Source of the DNA: an uncultured Syntrophales bacterium
Lineage (GTDB): Bacteria; Desulfobacterota; Syntrophia; Syntrophales; JADFWA01
Length of the DNA stretch: 61,773 nucleotides
Assembly: GCA_964652795.1 (NCBI GenBank)
Contig: CAZZBF010000007.1
Location: forward strand, 1-61,773
Reading direction: 5' to 3'
The notes beneath the pieces were generated by a model, which did not search any database, had not been told where the DNA came from, and saw only the letters and a program-made list of their open reading frames with translations. The position numbers were made by a program, and so were the translations under genes. Numbering within the stretch: position 1 is the stretch's first letter; each line of letters begins with the position of its first letter. Below are positions 1 through 9,737 of the stretch, in pieces.

Positions 1-2
1 AA

Positions 3-977
3 AAACGTTTTTTTAGAAAGCTACCTCAACCTTCAATATTAGAGATCGGGTGTAATGATGGTGTCTTACTCAAGCCATTAGCGGAAATGGGTGTTCGCTG
101 TGTCGGCGTAGATCCTGCGACAAATGTGGTAAAATCATTAATTCACGCAGAAGATTTTATTGTTATCAACGATTTTTTCAGCGAACAATTAGCATATCAG
201 ATAAGGGAAAAATACGATCTATTTGATGCTGTCCTCTCAAGTTATTCTTTTGCCCATATCAACGACATGGTTGATATTATGAAAGGAGTAAAATGCTTAC
301 TCAAAGATGACGGGGTGTTCATATTTGAAATTTATTATCTGGGCACCTTAATTGATGAGATGCAGTACGACATGATTTATCATGAACATATGAGCTATTA
401 TTCCCTGACTGCATTAATATATTTCTTAAAACAGTTTAATATGGAGATATTTGATGTTAAGTATATCCCGGGTGTCAGATCCGGATCTGTACGTTTCTAC
501 GCGAAAAATATCGGTCAACGAACTGAAACAATTTCATCTGCTGTTACAGATATGATACAGCATGAAAAAGATAAAGGGTTTGAGAAGATAGAAACATACT
601 CTGCGTACACTGCAAAGGTAAATGCAACAAGGGATCAGCTTTTAAATCTCCTTGATCGCCTGAAAAATGAAGGCAAGACAATTATCGGATATGGTGCATC
701 CGGTAGAGGAACAATTGTCATGAATTACTGCGGTATTGATGGAAGATATCTGGATTATGTTGTTGATGATGCACCTGCAAAACATGGCTTTTTCACACCT
801 GGAACCCATGTACCCATTAAGCCATGGGAATTTACGGCCGAATCCGAATTTCCTGATTACATTGTGCTGTTTGCTTGGGCTTTTACCGATGAAGTCATCA
901 AAAAGAGACAGGATTATCTTAAAAAGGGTGGGAATTTTATCATCCCGCTTCCGGAAGTCAGAATCGTGTCGAAATAA
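3..977 (+). CDS. NDP-hexose C-methyltransferase (TylCIII/EryBIII-like; Methyltransf_14 C-terminal domain), 5' partial
   Basis: The frame is open from base 3 and contains motif I (ILEIGCNDG) upstream of the tracked ATG at 87. It also has IYHEHMSYYS, GYGASGRG and GFFTPGTHVPI motifs typical of sugar C-methyltransferases. Confidence 0.9.
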   Translation, partial: KRFFRKLPQPSILEIGCNDGVLLKPLAEMGVRCVGVDPATNVVKSLIHAEDFIVINDFFSEQLAYQIREKYDLFDAVLSSYSFAHINDMVDIMKGVKCLLKDDGVFIFEIYYLGTLIDEMQYDMIYHEHMSYYSLTALIYFLKQFNMEIFDVKYIPGVRSGSVRFYAKNIGQRTETISSAVTDMIQHEKDKGFEKIETYSAYTAKVNATRDQLLNLLDRLKNEGKTIIGYGASGRGTIVMNYCGIDGRYLDYVVDDAPAKHGFFTPGTHVPIKPWEFTAESEFPDYIVLFAWAFTDEVIKKRQDYLKKGGNFIIPLPEVRIVSK

Positions 978-1002
978 ATTTTTTTAATAGCGGAAAAATA
1001 AA

Positions 1003-2085
1003 ATGAAAGTAATGACAATAATGGGCACCCGACCAGAAATGATCAAAATGTGGTCGGTATTAAAAAAGTTGGATGATTTGAACTTTGATCATATTATGGT
1101 TCATACGAGCCAGAATTTTACAAAAGAATTGAAGGATTTCTTCTTTGAGGATTTGGAGCTGAGAGCGCCGGATTATGATCTTCAAATTGATACTAGTTCA
1201 TATGGCAGAGAAGTTGCCGATGTTGTACGAAAAAGTGATGAATTGTTTGAAAAAACTAAACCTGATGCATTAATCGTTTTAGGAGACACTTATAGCGGAC
1301 TATCAGTATTGCCAGCTGCTAATCGTGGGATAAAAATATTTCACATGGAGGCCGGGTTAAGGGCATGGGATAAGCGGATGCCGGAGCAGAAGAATCGTAT
1401 TTTAATTGATCATATATCGGATATATTGCTTCCGTTTAACCAGTATCACAGGGAAAACCTTATCAGGGAAGATATTCACCCGTCAAAAATATTTGTCTCC
1501 GGTAATCCAACTTTTGAAGTCATGCGGGCATTTCAGGATAAAATTAAGAATAGCAATATACTGAACACTTTGGATTTAAGCCCAAAAGAGTATGTTTCGG
1601 TGACCGCGCATAGAAAAGAAAATGTCGATGATATGGAGTCTCTTCAAGCAATTCTGAAAGGTCTCGGCTTGGTTTATGAAAAGTTCAAAAAAGAAGTTAT
1701 TTATCCTATGCATCCTAGGACAAAAAGCAAAATAAAAGGCATCTCGATTCCCAAAGGGATAAGAATTATTGATCCATTGGGATTTTATGATTTTAATCAT
1801 CTCAGCATGAATGCATTCTGTCTGCTTGGGGATTCCGGCACTACGCCCGAAGAAAGCTTGTTCTATAAGGTACCGTGCGTCAGCCTGCGAAAGAGTACTG
1901 AACGACCTGAAACCGTTGAGGCTGGAGCGCATATCGTTGCAGGGATTGAACCTGTTAACATCGTGGAAGCGGTTGAAACCGCTGTCAGCATGGAATGGAG
2001 TGCAAGATATGATCTGTATGAGGATTTCAGCCCGTCTTCAGTTGTGATCAATGTCCTGAGAAGTCAGATAACCAATTATTTTTAG
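1003..2085 (+). CDS. wecB: UDP-N-acetylglucosamine 2-epimerase family (non-hydrolysing; FnlC/WbjD-like)
   Basis: GTRPE, HMEAGLR, DSG and TERPE motifs; followed by a WbuB-like GT4. Confidence 0.9.
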   Translation: MKVMTIMGTRPEMIKMWSVLKKLDDLNFDHIMVHTSQNFTKELKDFFFEDLELRAPDYDLQIDTSSYGREVADVVRKSDELFEKTKPDALIVLGDTYSGLSVLPAANRGIKIFHMEAGLRAWDKRMPEQKNRILIDHISDILLPFNQYHRENLIREDIHPSKIFVSGNPTFEVMRAFQDKIKNSNILNTLDLSPKEYVSVTAHRKENVDDMESLQAILKGLGLVYEKFKKEVIYPMHPRTKSKIKGISIPKGIRIIDPLGFYDFNHLSMNAFCLLGDSGTTPEESLFYKVPCVSLRKSTERPETVEAGAHIVAGIEPVNIVEAVETAVSMEWSARYDLYEDFSPSSVVINVLRSQITNYF

Positions 2086-2119
2086 ATCTGAAAAGATTAA
2101 ATATGCTAATAGATTATCA

Positions 2120-3343
2120 ATGAACATCCTTTTAATTACAATTTATTACCCTCCGGTAATCAGTTCGCTGTCTACCATGATGCAGGAATTGGCAGAAGAA
2201 TTAACTCTAATGGGGCATCAGGTTACAGTTGCAACGGCTAAGCCTCAGGACGACTTGAATTTGAGTCTTGAAGCAAGACAAAAAACCTTCGACACGTTTT
2301 CAATAGAAAAAGATGTTCGTGTGATCAGGGTCAGTACACCTCCTCTGAAAAATAAAAAGTATTTTTTAAGAGGTCTGATCCAGTTAATGCTGCCTTACTT
2401 TTTCTTGAAACAGATAAAGAAATTTGTAGACGAAAAAATCGATGCTGTAATTGTTTCATCCCCCCCTTTATCACTGGCAACATTGGGAAGTAAGATTAAA
2501 AAAAGGTATGGGAGTAAATACATTTTATGTGTTCAGGATATTTTCCCTCAAAATGCCATAGATCTCGGGGTTATGAAAAACAAACTGGTAATCAAATTCT
2601 TTGAGCATGTAGCGAAAAGTGCTTATCTGTCTTCCGATATAATGACATCCCATACGCAAAGCAGCAGAAAATTCTTAATCGAGAAAAAAAATGTTCCGCC
2701 AGATAAGATATGCTATGTTCCCAATTGGATAGATGGAACTTCGTATATAAATGCAAGAAAAACCGGTTTATACAGGAAGCAATACGGGCTTGAAGATAAA
2801 TTTATTTTTCTATTCGCGGGTGTTATCGGCCCTTCTCAAGGACTTGATGTGCTTATTAAAGCAGTCGCCGAAGCCAAAAATATTCCTGATGATATATGCA
2901 TTCTTATCGTGGGGGAAGGGGCAGAGAAAGACAGGCTAATGAAGTTGAAAGCGGAATACTCTCTTAGTAATATAGTATTTGAACCTTTTGTTTCTCTGGA
3001 AGAATATCCCAAGTTGGTAAAAGACGTTGATGCGGGAATCGTATGTTTAAGTAGTCTAAATAAAACACCTGTTGTGCCAGGAAAAGTATTGGGATACATG
3101 GCATCGTCTGTTCCTGTTGTTGCATTGCTAAACAAAGAAAGTGACGGACATATGATAATAGAAGAAGCTGAATGCGGTTATTCAATTGCTTCCGATGCCT
3201 CTACCGAAGAAATTTCAAATTTAATTTTGCAAATATATAATGAAAAAGACAAATTGAAGCAGTATGGCGAAAATGGTCACAGGTATGTTTTGAAATATTT
3301 CACAAAAAGTAGCTGTATTGATAATCTGATAAAACTAATATGA
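2120..3343 (+). CDS. GT4 glycosyltransferase (WbuB/Cap5L-like)
   Basis: YYPP N-terminus, VQDIFP, FAGVIGPSQGL and PGKVLGYMAS motifs; adjacent to an fnlC-like gene. Confidence 0.85.
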   Translation: MNILLITIYYPPVISSLSTMMQELAEELTLMGHQVTVATAKPQDDLNLSLEARQKTFDTFSIEKDVRVIRVSTPPLKNKKYFLRGLIQLMLPYFFLKQIKKFVDEKIDAVIVSSPPLSLATLGSKIKKRYGSKYILCVQDIFPQNAIDLGVMKNKLVIKFFEHVAKSAYLSSDIMTSHTQSSRKFLIEKKNVPPDKICYVPNWIDGTSYINARKTGLYRKQYGLEDKFIFLFAGVIGPSQGLDVLIKAVAEAKNIPDDICILIVGEGAEKDRLMKLKAEYSLSNIVFEPFVSLEEYPKLVKDVDAGIVCLSSLNKTPVVPGKVLGYMASSVPVVALLNKESDGHMIIEEAECGYSIASDASTEEISNLILQIYNEKDKLKQYGENGHRYVLKYFTKSSCIDNLIKLI

Positions 3344-3485
3344 CGCTTGTCAAAGCTTAATGGGCTCCTGTCCCGGTCCCCGTAATGAAAATGTTATTTC
3401 ATCCCTTTTGTGGCAACAAAATCCTATAACCTTAAAACTTTCATGACTAAGTACATTGTTTAATAAATACGATGACGTATTAATG

Positions 3486-3514
3486 TTGACATAATGGGTT
3501 TATAATGGTATTAT
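3486..3514 (+). promoter_or_regulatory. sigma70-type promoter of the IS630 transposase
   Basis: TTGACA-17 bp-TATTAT with an extended -10 TG; GGAGG RBS before the ATG at 3538. Confidence 0.7.
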
Positions 3515-3537
3515 ACCATTCCGAAGGAGGCAATATT

Positions 3538-3915
3538 ATGCCGAGGAAGAGCCCATATAGCATTACCCTCAACGAAAGTGAACGAAAATATTTAGAAAAA
3601 CTCTCAAAGAAATATACGTCACCATATAGAGACGTTATCCGTGCAAAAATAGTTTTATTGGCAGCACAAGGTCTATCAAATGACATTATCGCTTCACGAT
3701 TGGATACACCACGACAGATTGTCAGCAAGTGGCGAAAACGATTCTTCCAGATGCGCTTTGACGGGTTACTTGAACAACCGCGTAAAGGGCGCTCATCCAC
3801 TTTTTCCTCCTCAGGTAGTAGTAGCAGTAAAAGCACTGGCATGTGAACTTCCTTACTAGCACGGAATACCTTTATCCCGATTTAGCATTGATGAGATCCA
3901 TCGAAAAGTTATTAC
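3538..3915 (+). pseudogene. IS630 transposase N-terminal part (HTH ORF1 plus +1-frame ORF2 start), truncated
   Basis: IRAKIVLLAAQG...IVSKWRKRF HTH. The +1 frame continues PQVVVAVKALACELP, then has an in-frame TAG, then switches to istB sequence. Confidence 0.8.
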
Positions 3916-4520
3916 GACAGGTCAAGGTATTACAGGACGGTTCATTCCTGAATCGTAAGGAAAACATATTGGCATTTGGCAATCCCGGCAGCGGGAAGAC
4001 ACATTTATTATGTACTCTCGGACAGGAACTGATTTGGTAGGATTACCGGGTATATTTTTCTCGGTGTAGTTTTCTGGTAGAGGAATTGCTTCGTGATAAA
4101 AGGGAACTGAAGCTTGACAGGAAGCTTAAGAAACTTGCAAAATATGACGCACTGATCCTCGATGACATTGGGTATGTTAAGCAGGACCGGGAAGAAATGG
4201 AGGTGCTTTTTACACTTTTGGCTCAACGTTATGAACGGGGAAGCGTGATGCTTACCAGCAATCTTCCTTTCTCGAAATAGGAAAGTATTTTCAAGGATCC
4301 GATGACAACTGCGGCAGCGATTGATCGATTGGTTCATCACAGTGTCATTCTTGAGCTGAACGTACCAAGTTATAGAATGGAACAGGCCATACAACGTAAA
4401 CAATGACGCGTTTGGAATACAGGAAACACTATATCTTGCATGACATTTATAATCTATTTTAACAAGAACTGACGGGAATAATAATTGTCGTTAGAGGGAA
4501 ATAATAGTTGACGTTAATCA
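3916..4520 (+). mobile_element. istB: IS21-family remnant: 3' part of istB (in-frame TAGs ending at 4040 and 4280) plus right end
   Basis: Walker A GNPGSGKTH, Walker B LILDDIGY, TSNLPF and AIDRLVHH. Tandem repeated units (GGGAATAATAATTGTCGTTAG / GGGAAATAATAGTTGACGTTAA) end in CA at 4520. Confidence 0.85.
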
Positions 4521-5057
4521 CTTTTTTTCTCTTTGAATAAATCAAAATGTCCAAGAGCCTTTTCCCTTGAAGGAGCATAGAAGATAGAACGTAAATCATC
4601 AGCTACATCTTTTTTCAGTTTCTTCGGAACCTTGGTCAGGACGTTCCTGTCAATATGTGCCGTGCAGCGCTGTAACTTGGTCTGTGAGAACTCTTCTTTG
4701 AATACTGTCTCCAACCCCTTTCAAAGTAAAGTTACGACCATAGGAACCATTACGATGATTGATATCTCCTTCCCCGCGTACATAGGGTTCTCTCCCGAGA
4801 AAACAGGTGAGTTCTGCACCCATCATCGCTGTCATATAGCCTCCGATAATTTCTCTAACATCCTTTCGAATCATTTCAAAGATCTGTTCCTGTTGCTTTT
4901 GAATCTCCTTGAATACTTCTACAAGTTCAGGTACACTCACTTCCAGTTTCATGGCGCTTTCTCCTTTTTATTTAGGTTTTGGGATAAACCCTTTTTTAAA
5001 GGAAAAGCGCCTTTTTTCTACACCTTTAAAAATTTACACAAGATATCTTACACTACC
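4521..5057 (-). mobile_element. IS256-family remnant: left end plus internally deleted transposase
   Basis: Minus strand begins GGTAGTGTAAGATATCTTGTGTAAA (IS256-like end). AELTCFLGREPY...RNGSY is joined to KLQRCTAHIDRNV with the middle of the transposase missing. Confidence 0.8.
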
Positions 5058-5677
5058 GGATTCTGGAACGGGAAACCTTCGGGGCAAGCGGATTATGTTT
5101 TATCTGCTGATGAGAAAACCAGTATCCAGGCCAGAATCCGTAAACACAAAACATTGAGACCATTACCAGACAGCCCGATGAAAGTAGAGCATGAGTATCA
5201 GCGCGGTGGTTCTCTAAACTATATGGCAACCTGGGATGTCCACCGGGGAAAAATATTCGGCAATGTAGAACCTCAAACCGGCATAAAGCCATTTGGACGT
5301 CTTGTAGATCATGTGATGAGTCAAGAACCTTATCGGTCAGCCTCACGAGTCTTCTGGGTTGTTGACAACGATTCGTCCCACCGTGGAGAGTCTGCCATTA
5401 CAAGACTTCAAAAGGCATGGCCGCCATAATGATTCACCTCCCAATTCATGCAAGTTGTTTAAATCAAACAGAAATATATTTTTCAGTGGTTCAACGTAAA
5501 GTTCTAACACCCAACGATTTCGAATCACTGACGGATATTGAAGATCGCTTGCTAAGATTCCAAGATCATCATGAGAAAGTTGCCAAGCCATTTGAATGGA
5601 AATTCACGCGAGGAGATTTAGCAAATCTCTTGAGAAAACTTTCTAATCATCCTGAACTGACAGAAATAGCTGCATGA
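5058..5677 (+). pseudogene. IS630 transposase C-terminal DDE part, frameshifted near 5420
   Basis: SADEKTSIQAR, EHEYQRGG, VVDNDSSH; second frame HLPIHASCLNQTEIYFSVVQRKVL. Confidence 0.85.
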
Positions 5678-5794
5678 TTTCCTGGAACATAAAATACGTC
5701 ACCGTAATTACGGGGTAGAGCACTTAGCAAAATAAACATCAAATCAATTAATGCCATACCTTTTGAGCGAGAGGGTTGCATAGCTGGTTTTCTG

Positions 5795-5903
5795 GTAATT
5801 GCGGGAAGCGAGGTGACGCAGCAATCTATTCTAATTACAAGGAGTTAGCAATTTCTTCACGTTCCCCTTCGTTGCACTCAGGGGTTCGGTTCACCGCAAT
5901 GAC
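5795..5903. repeat. REP/MITE-like palindromic element (GTAATTGCGG...CCGCAATGAC)
   Basis: Imperfect terminal inverted repeat with an internal GCAATCT. 5866-5900 matches 29556-29590 at 28 of 35 positions. Confidence 0.6.
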
Positions 5904-5969
5904 ATAGTGGGTATTATGCAAACCTCTCAAATAACCGGGGTTGATATACATAAATACCGGAGAAGAAAA

Positions 5970-6707
5970 ATGATAGGGAGAAAGAAAGCCTGGAAATTAG
6001 GAATTGTGATCTGTGGTTTCATCGCCTTATTTCTATTACTCAATGTAGAAACATCTACACGACAAAGCATAAATTATCAAAATCGAGTTTTCAAGATTCC
6101 ACTTTATCTTAAGATATCAAATTTTTTAGACCGGCATTATAATTATAAATGGTTAGTTGACAAGATTCTGCATGATCAGAAGGAGGAAAGCGAAAAAGCA
6201 AAGGCAATATTTCATTGGACAGTATCCCACATAAAAAGTCAGCCGCCTGAGCTCGATATTGTAGATGATCACGTATGGCATATTATCGTCCGTGGTTACG
6301 GTGTTGCTGATCAGGCAGCAGATGTTTATGCCACTTTGTCTAATTATGCGGGTCTGAAGGCCTTTATTCTATCGCTAAAAGGTTCCAGTGGATCTATTTC
6401 TATTCCTAATCATATTCCCCTATCGGCTGTATATTTTGATGGCGCATGGCATCTCAGTGATCCCTATAACCATGTCCAGTTCGAAAATGGGGAGGGTAGA
6501 TGGGCTACAATTAAAGAAATTATATCTGGTGATTGGAGAGCAAATACTCAGGAAAAGGCCCCGAAAAGAAAGGATTCATTTAACTACCAGGATTACTTCC
6601 AATCTCTGGGAACAATTGACTTCAATGCTCTTTACCGGGGCAGCAGGTCAAGCATTCAGGATCCTTTTAACAGGTTATTGAATTTCTTTGGTGTGGGTCG
6701 GAAATAG
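5970..6707 (+). CDS. Membrane-anchored transglutaminase-like fold protein lacking the catalytic Cys
   Basis: N-terminal hydrophobic segment; AIFHWTVSHI...GYGVADQAADVYATL...H...WHLSDP resembles the transglutaminase core. Start at ATG 5970 is preferred over the tracked 5907. Confidence 0.55.
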   Translation: MIGRKKAWKLGIVICGFIALFLLLNVETSTRQSINYQNRVFKIPLYLKISNFLDRHYNYKWLVDKILHDQKEESEKAKAIFHWTVSHIKSQPPELDIVDDHVWHIIVRGYGVADQAADVYATLSNYAGLKAFILSLKGSSGSISIPNHIPLSAVYFDGAWHLSDPYNHVQFENGEGRWATIKEIISGDWRANTQEKAPKRKDSFNYQDYFQSLGTIDFNALYRGSRSSIQDPFNRLLNFFGVGRK

Positions 6708-6737
6708 TATGAAAAGAAAATTACCAGGATTTGATGA

Positions 6738-8213
6738 ATGGCTTTGAACAAGGTTGATCTTTTGAAAATATGGATTCAGAAGTGGTGGGTTCTATGGATT
6801 GTCTTTTTTGTTTTCACAGCCGCCATGGCATTATTCATCCAGTTGATCATTTTGCCTTATTTTCTTCCCCATGTCCATTATGGACATGGTCTGTTCGTGC
6901 CCGATTCAACAGGATTTCATCAAATTGCTCAAAACGTTGCCGGAAAGATGGCAAATAATGGTTGGGAAGCATGGGAATTAAAACCTGAAGGTTTATACCC
7001 TGCCGGAATAGCTTCTCTTTTTTATTATTTATGGACACCGGAACCATACTCGGTCATTCCCTTTAATGCTGCTGTACATGCCACTGCCGGGTGCCTGGTT
7101 TTTTTCTTGCTGACTTTTTTTATCAAAAATCGTTTTGTGGCTGTGGCGGGGGCTACTCTTTTTATTATAAATCCTGCATCATTCGAGTGGACAGCGCAAA
7201 TTCATAGAGATGGTACTTTTATACTCGGAAATCTTCTGGTTCTTTCCGCCTGGCTTGCTTTGATAAAAGCATCCAAGTCTCGTGAATGGCAGAGTTTTAT
7301 TTATGCCCCCGTTTTAACTTTGCTGGGTGTTTTTCTAATTTTGGTTTCACGACCATACTGGAATCAGGTTGCATTGGTTGCTTGTTGTTGTATATTTACT
7401 TTGATGTTGTTTGTTTGGGTGCGTGCTCTGTTTAGGAATATTTCATCGGGTGTTCAATATATTAGGGTGATAATACTTGGTTGCATCATTATTGCCATTC
7501 AAATTCCTTTTATTGATAAATATCATTCTTTTGGACAAAAAATTAAATCAGAACAACTGCAGCAAGAACACTCCTTCAATAAATCGTTGTTATCCGAGGA
7601 GCTGTCACCTTATCACTTATCCATAGATGAATGGCGGCCTGGTTCAGTTTGGCACGATCAACAATTGCGTGATTCAGGTCGATCAGAAAAGTCATTTAAA
7701 CAGGAAGACAAATGGATTTATAATCGTTATATTCCCGATTTTATCCAGAGTAAAATGTATGGTTTGTCGATTTGTCGGAAAGGTACAGCATCCTCAGGCG
7801 GAAAAACCTCAATAGACCAAAGTTTTAAGCTGAATTCTGTAAGTGCCTATATTTCATATCTGCCTCGCGCACTACAAATCGGTTTTCTCAGTCCCTTCCC
7901 GTCGCTCTGGATTGGAACCGGTAGCACACCGGCCAGTACAATCGGAAGGTTAGTAATGGGTTTTGTAACCCTATTTTTTTATGTACTTCTAATTTTTTTC
8001 ATCTGGGGTCTCTGGGTAAATAGGAAGAGTATAGAATTATGGATTATTTTTCTATACAGCACCTTCGGTTTACTTATATTTACTTATGCATACGCTAATG
8101 TGGGAACACTTATGCGTTTGCGATACGGCTTCTACATGGTTATTGTGGGAGCTGGTTTTGCCTTCACCATTCAAAAAATCCTTGAATACAAGGAATCATC
8201 TTCCAATAAATAA
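6738..8213 (+). CDS. Polytopic membrane protein, putative Wzy-like polymerase or GT-C glycosyltransferase
   Basis: Many hydrophobic segments, a PDS motif after the first TM, a large loop, C-terminal NVGTLMRLRY; directly upstream of wzx. Confidence 0.5.
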   Translation: MALNKVDLLKIWIQKWWVLWIVFFVFTAAMALFIQLIILPYFLPHVHYGHGLFVPDSTGFHQIAQNVAGKMANNGWEAWELKPEGLYPAGIASLFYYLWTPEPYSVIPFNAAVHATAGCLVFFLLTFFIKNRFVAVAGATLFIINPASFEWTAQIHRDGTFILGNLLVLSAWLALIKASKSREWQSFIYAPVLTLLGVFLILVSRPYWNQVALVACCCIFTLMLFVWVRALFRNISSGVQYIRVIILGCIIIAIQIPFIDKYHSFGQKIKSEQLQQEHSFNKSLLSEELSPYHLSIDEWRPGSVWHDQQLRDSGRSEKSFKQEDKWIYNRYIPDFIQSKMYGLSICRKGTASSGGKTSIDQSFKLNSVSAYISYLPRALQIGFLSPFPSLWIGTGSTPASTIGRLVMGFVTLFFYVLLIFFIWGLWVNRKSIELWIIFLYSTFGLLIFTYAYANVGTLMRLRYGFYMVIVGAGFAFTIQKILEYKESSSNK

Positions 8214-8222
8214 TCTTATAGA

Positions 8223-9737
8223 ATGACCCTACTCCAACGCAACATTATTGCCAACCTCACTGGTAACGTTTGGACAGCTGTTTTGTCGATTGCAACCATT
8301 CCGATCTATATCTATTTTATGGGTATTGAATCCTATGGTCTTATCGGGTTTTCCATTACACTTATGGCAATTTTTGCAATTCTAGACTTGGGCATTACGG
8401 AAACGATCAGTCGTGAAATGGCAAGATTAACCGCAGTTCCGGAAAAAGCACAAGAAATGCGAAATCTTGTCCGTACTCTAGAGATACTTAACTGGATAAT
8501 CGCCATATTTATCGGTATATTAATGTTCTGCCTTGCTAAACCTATTGCACTTTACTGGATACAACCGGACAAACTTGATCACCGAACCATTTATTATGCC
8601 GTACTCTTAATGGGCTTATCTATGATGTTTCGATGGCCTTCCAGTTTTTATTCCGGTGCCTTGATAGGTTTACAGAAGCAGGTTTTGCTTAATGTAATTT
8701 TAGCCAGTATGACAACGTTACGATGTGTCGGTGCTATCCTGATTCTCTGGATGGTTTCTCCCACTATCAAGGCCTTTCTTATGTGGCAATCTATTATTTA
8801 TGCCTTTCAGACAATGACTATGGCCTTTTTCCTCTGGTCTAATCTTCCTAAAACCGGAATGGAAACCGTCTTCCAGCTGTCTCTTTTAAGTGGTGTTTGG
8901 CGTTTCGCTGCGGGAATGAGCGGGATTACAATAATAAGCTTGGTTATGTCTCAGGCAGACAAGTTTATTTTGAGTAAACTGCTGACCTTAGAAGCATTCG
9001 GATATTACTCCCTTGCGGTGGTGGTAGCAACAAGTTTTAGTCGTCTGATGGGTCCCCTGGTCACCGCTCTATACCCGCGACTTACCCAGCTTGTAGCTAC
9101 GAAAGATACAGAAACGCTGAAACATACTTATCATGGTGGTTGTCAATTGATGTCTGTACTTATCATACCTGTTGCCTTTTTCATGGCTTTTTTTGCTAAA
9201 GAGATCATTCTTCTCTGGACTCAGAACCCGACAACTGCCGAAAACATACATCTTTTAGTTACGTTTTTGGCAATAAGCACTATGTTCAACGGACTGGCAC
9301 ATATCCCATTGAGTTTGCAATACGCTTCTGGTAGAATACGTATGATTTTTTATATAAGTATGGGAATGATGATTATTCTGATTCCTGGAATATTTCTGAT
9401 GACACACTATTTCGGAGCGGTAGGTGCAACCGTAATCATGATGGTAATCAACCTATTATACATGGTAATAATCACGCAACTCATTCACAGACATCTCTTT
9501 CCTGAAGAAAATCGGCATTGGTATATCAGTGATGTCGGATTACCGTTGATAGTGGCGTTGATTGCAGTCGGAATTGGACGAGTATTCATTCATGGGACTA
9601 TTCTAATTGTACCACTCGTTCTGGAACTCGCGGCAGTTGCTTTTGTTACTTTAAGTGTGACGGCTTTGGCAGCGCCCATCGTCCGGAATTGGCTGTTGAA
9701 CCGCATTACATATTTTTCCCCACTACTGTCCGGTTAA
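8223..9737 (+). CDS. wzx: Wzx-type oligosaccharide flippase
   Basis: 504 aa with many TM segments; YGLIG...DLGI, DKFILSKLL and FGYYSLA polysaccharide-biosynthesis motifs. Confidence 0.9.
   Translation: MTLLQRNIIANLTGNVWTAVLSIATIPIYIYFMGIESYGLIGFSITLMAIFAILDLGITETISREMARLTAVPEKAQEMRNLVRTLEILNWIIAIFIGILMFCLAKPIALYWIQPDKLDHRTIYYAVLLMGLSMMFRWPSSFYSGALIGLQKQVLLNVILASMTTLRCVGAILILWMVSPTIKAFLMWQSIIYAFQTMTMAFFLWSNLPKTGMETVFQLSLLSGVWRFAAGMSGITIISLVMSQADKFILSKLLTLEAFGYYSLAVVVATSFSRLMGPLVTALYPRLTQLVATKDTETLKHTYHGGCQLMSVLIIPVAFFMAFFAKEIILLWTQNPTTAENIHLLVTFLAISTMFNGLAHIPLSLQYASGRIRMIFYISMGMMIILIPGIFLMTHYFGAVGATVIMMVINLLYMVIITQLIHRHLFPEENRHWYISDVGLPLIVALIAVGIGRVFIHGTILIVPLVLELAAVAFVTLSVTALAAPIVRNWLLNRITYFSPLLSG

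Larger units (their letters stand above)
3450..5724 (+). mobile_element. IS630-family element, interrupted by IS21 and IS256 remnants
   Basis: Imperfect terminal inverted repeats (CTAAGTAC...TACGATGACGTATT from 3447; reverse complement CTAAGTGC...TACGGTGACGTATT ending at 5727). TA is duplicated at 3448-3449 and 5725-5726, reconstructing a CTAG target. HTH N-part and DDE C-part are both present. Confidence 0.85.

Noticed and set aside
4632-5429. 265-aa tracked ORF as a single gene
   Set aside because: It is a chimera: antisense IS256 sequence fused in frame to the IS630 DDE fragment from 5058.
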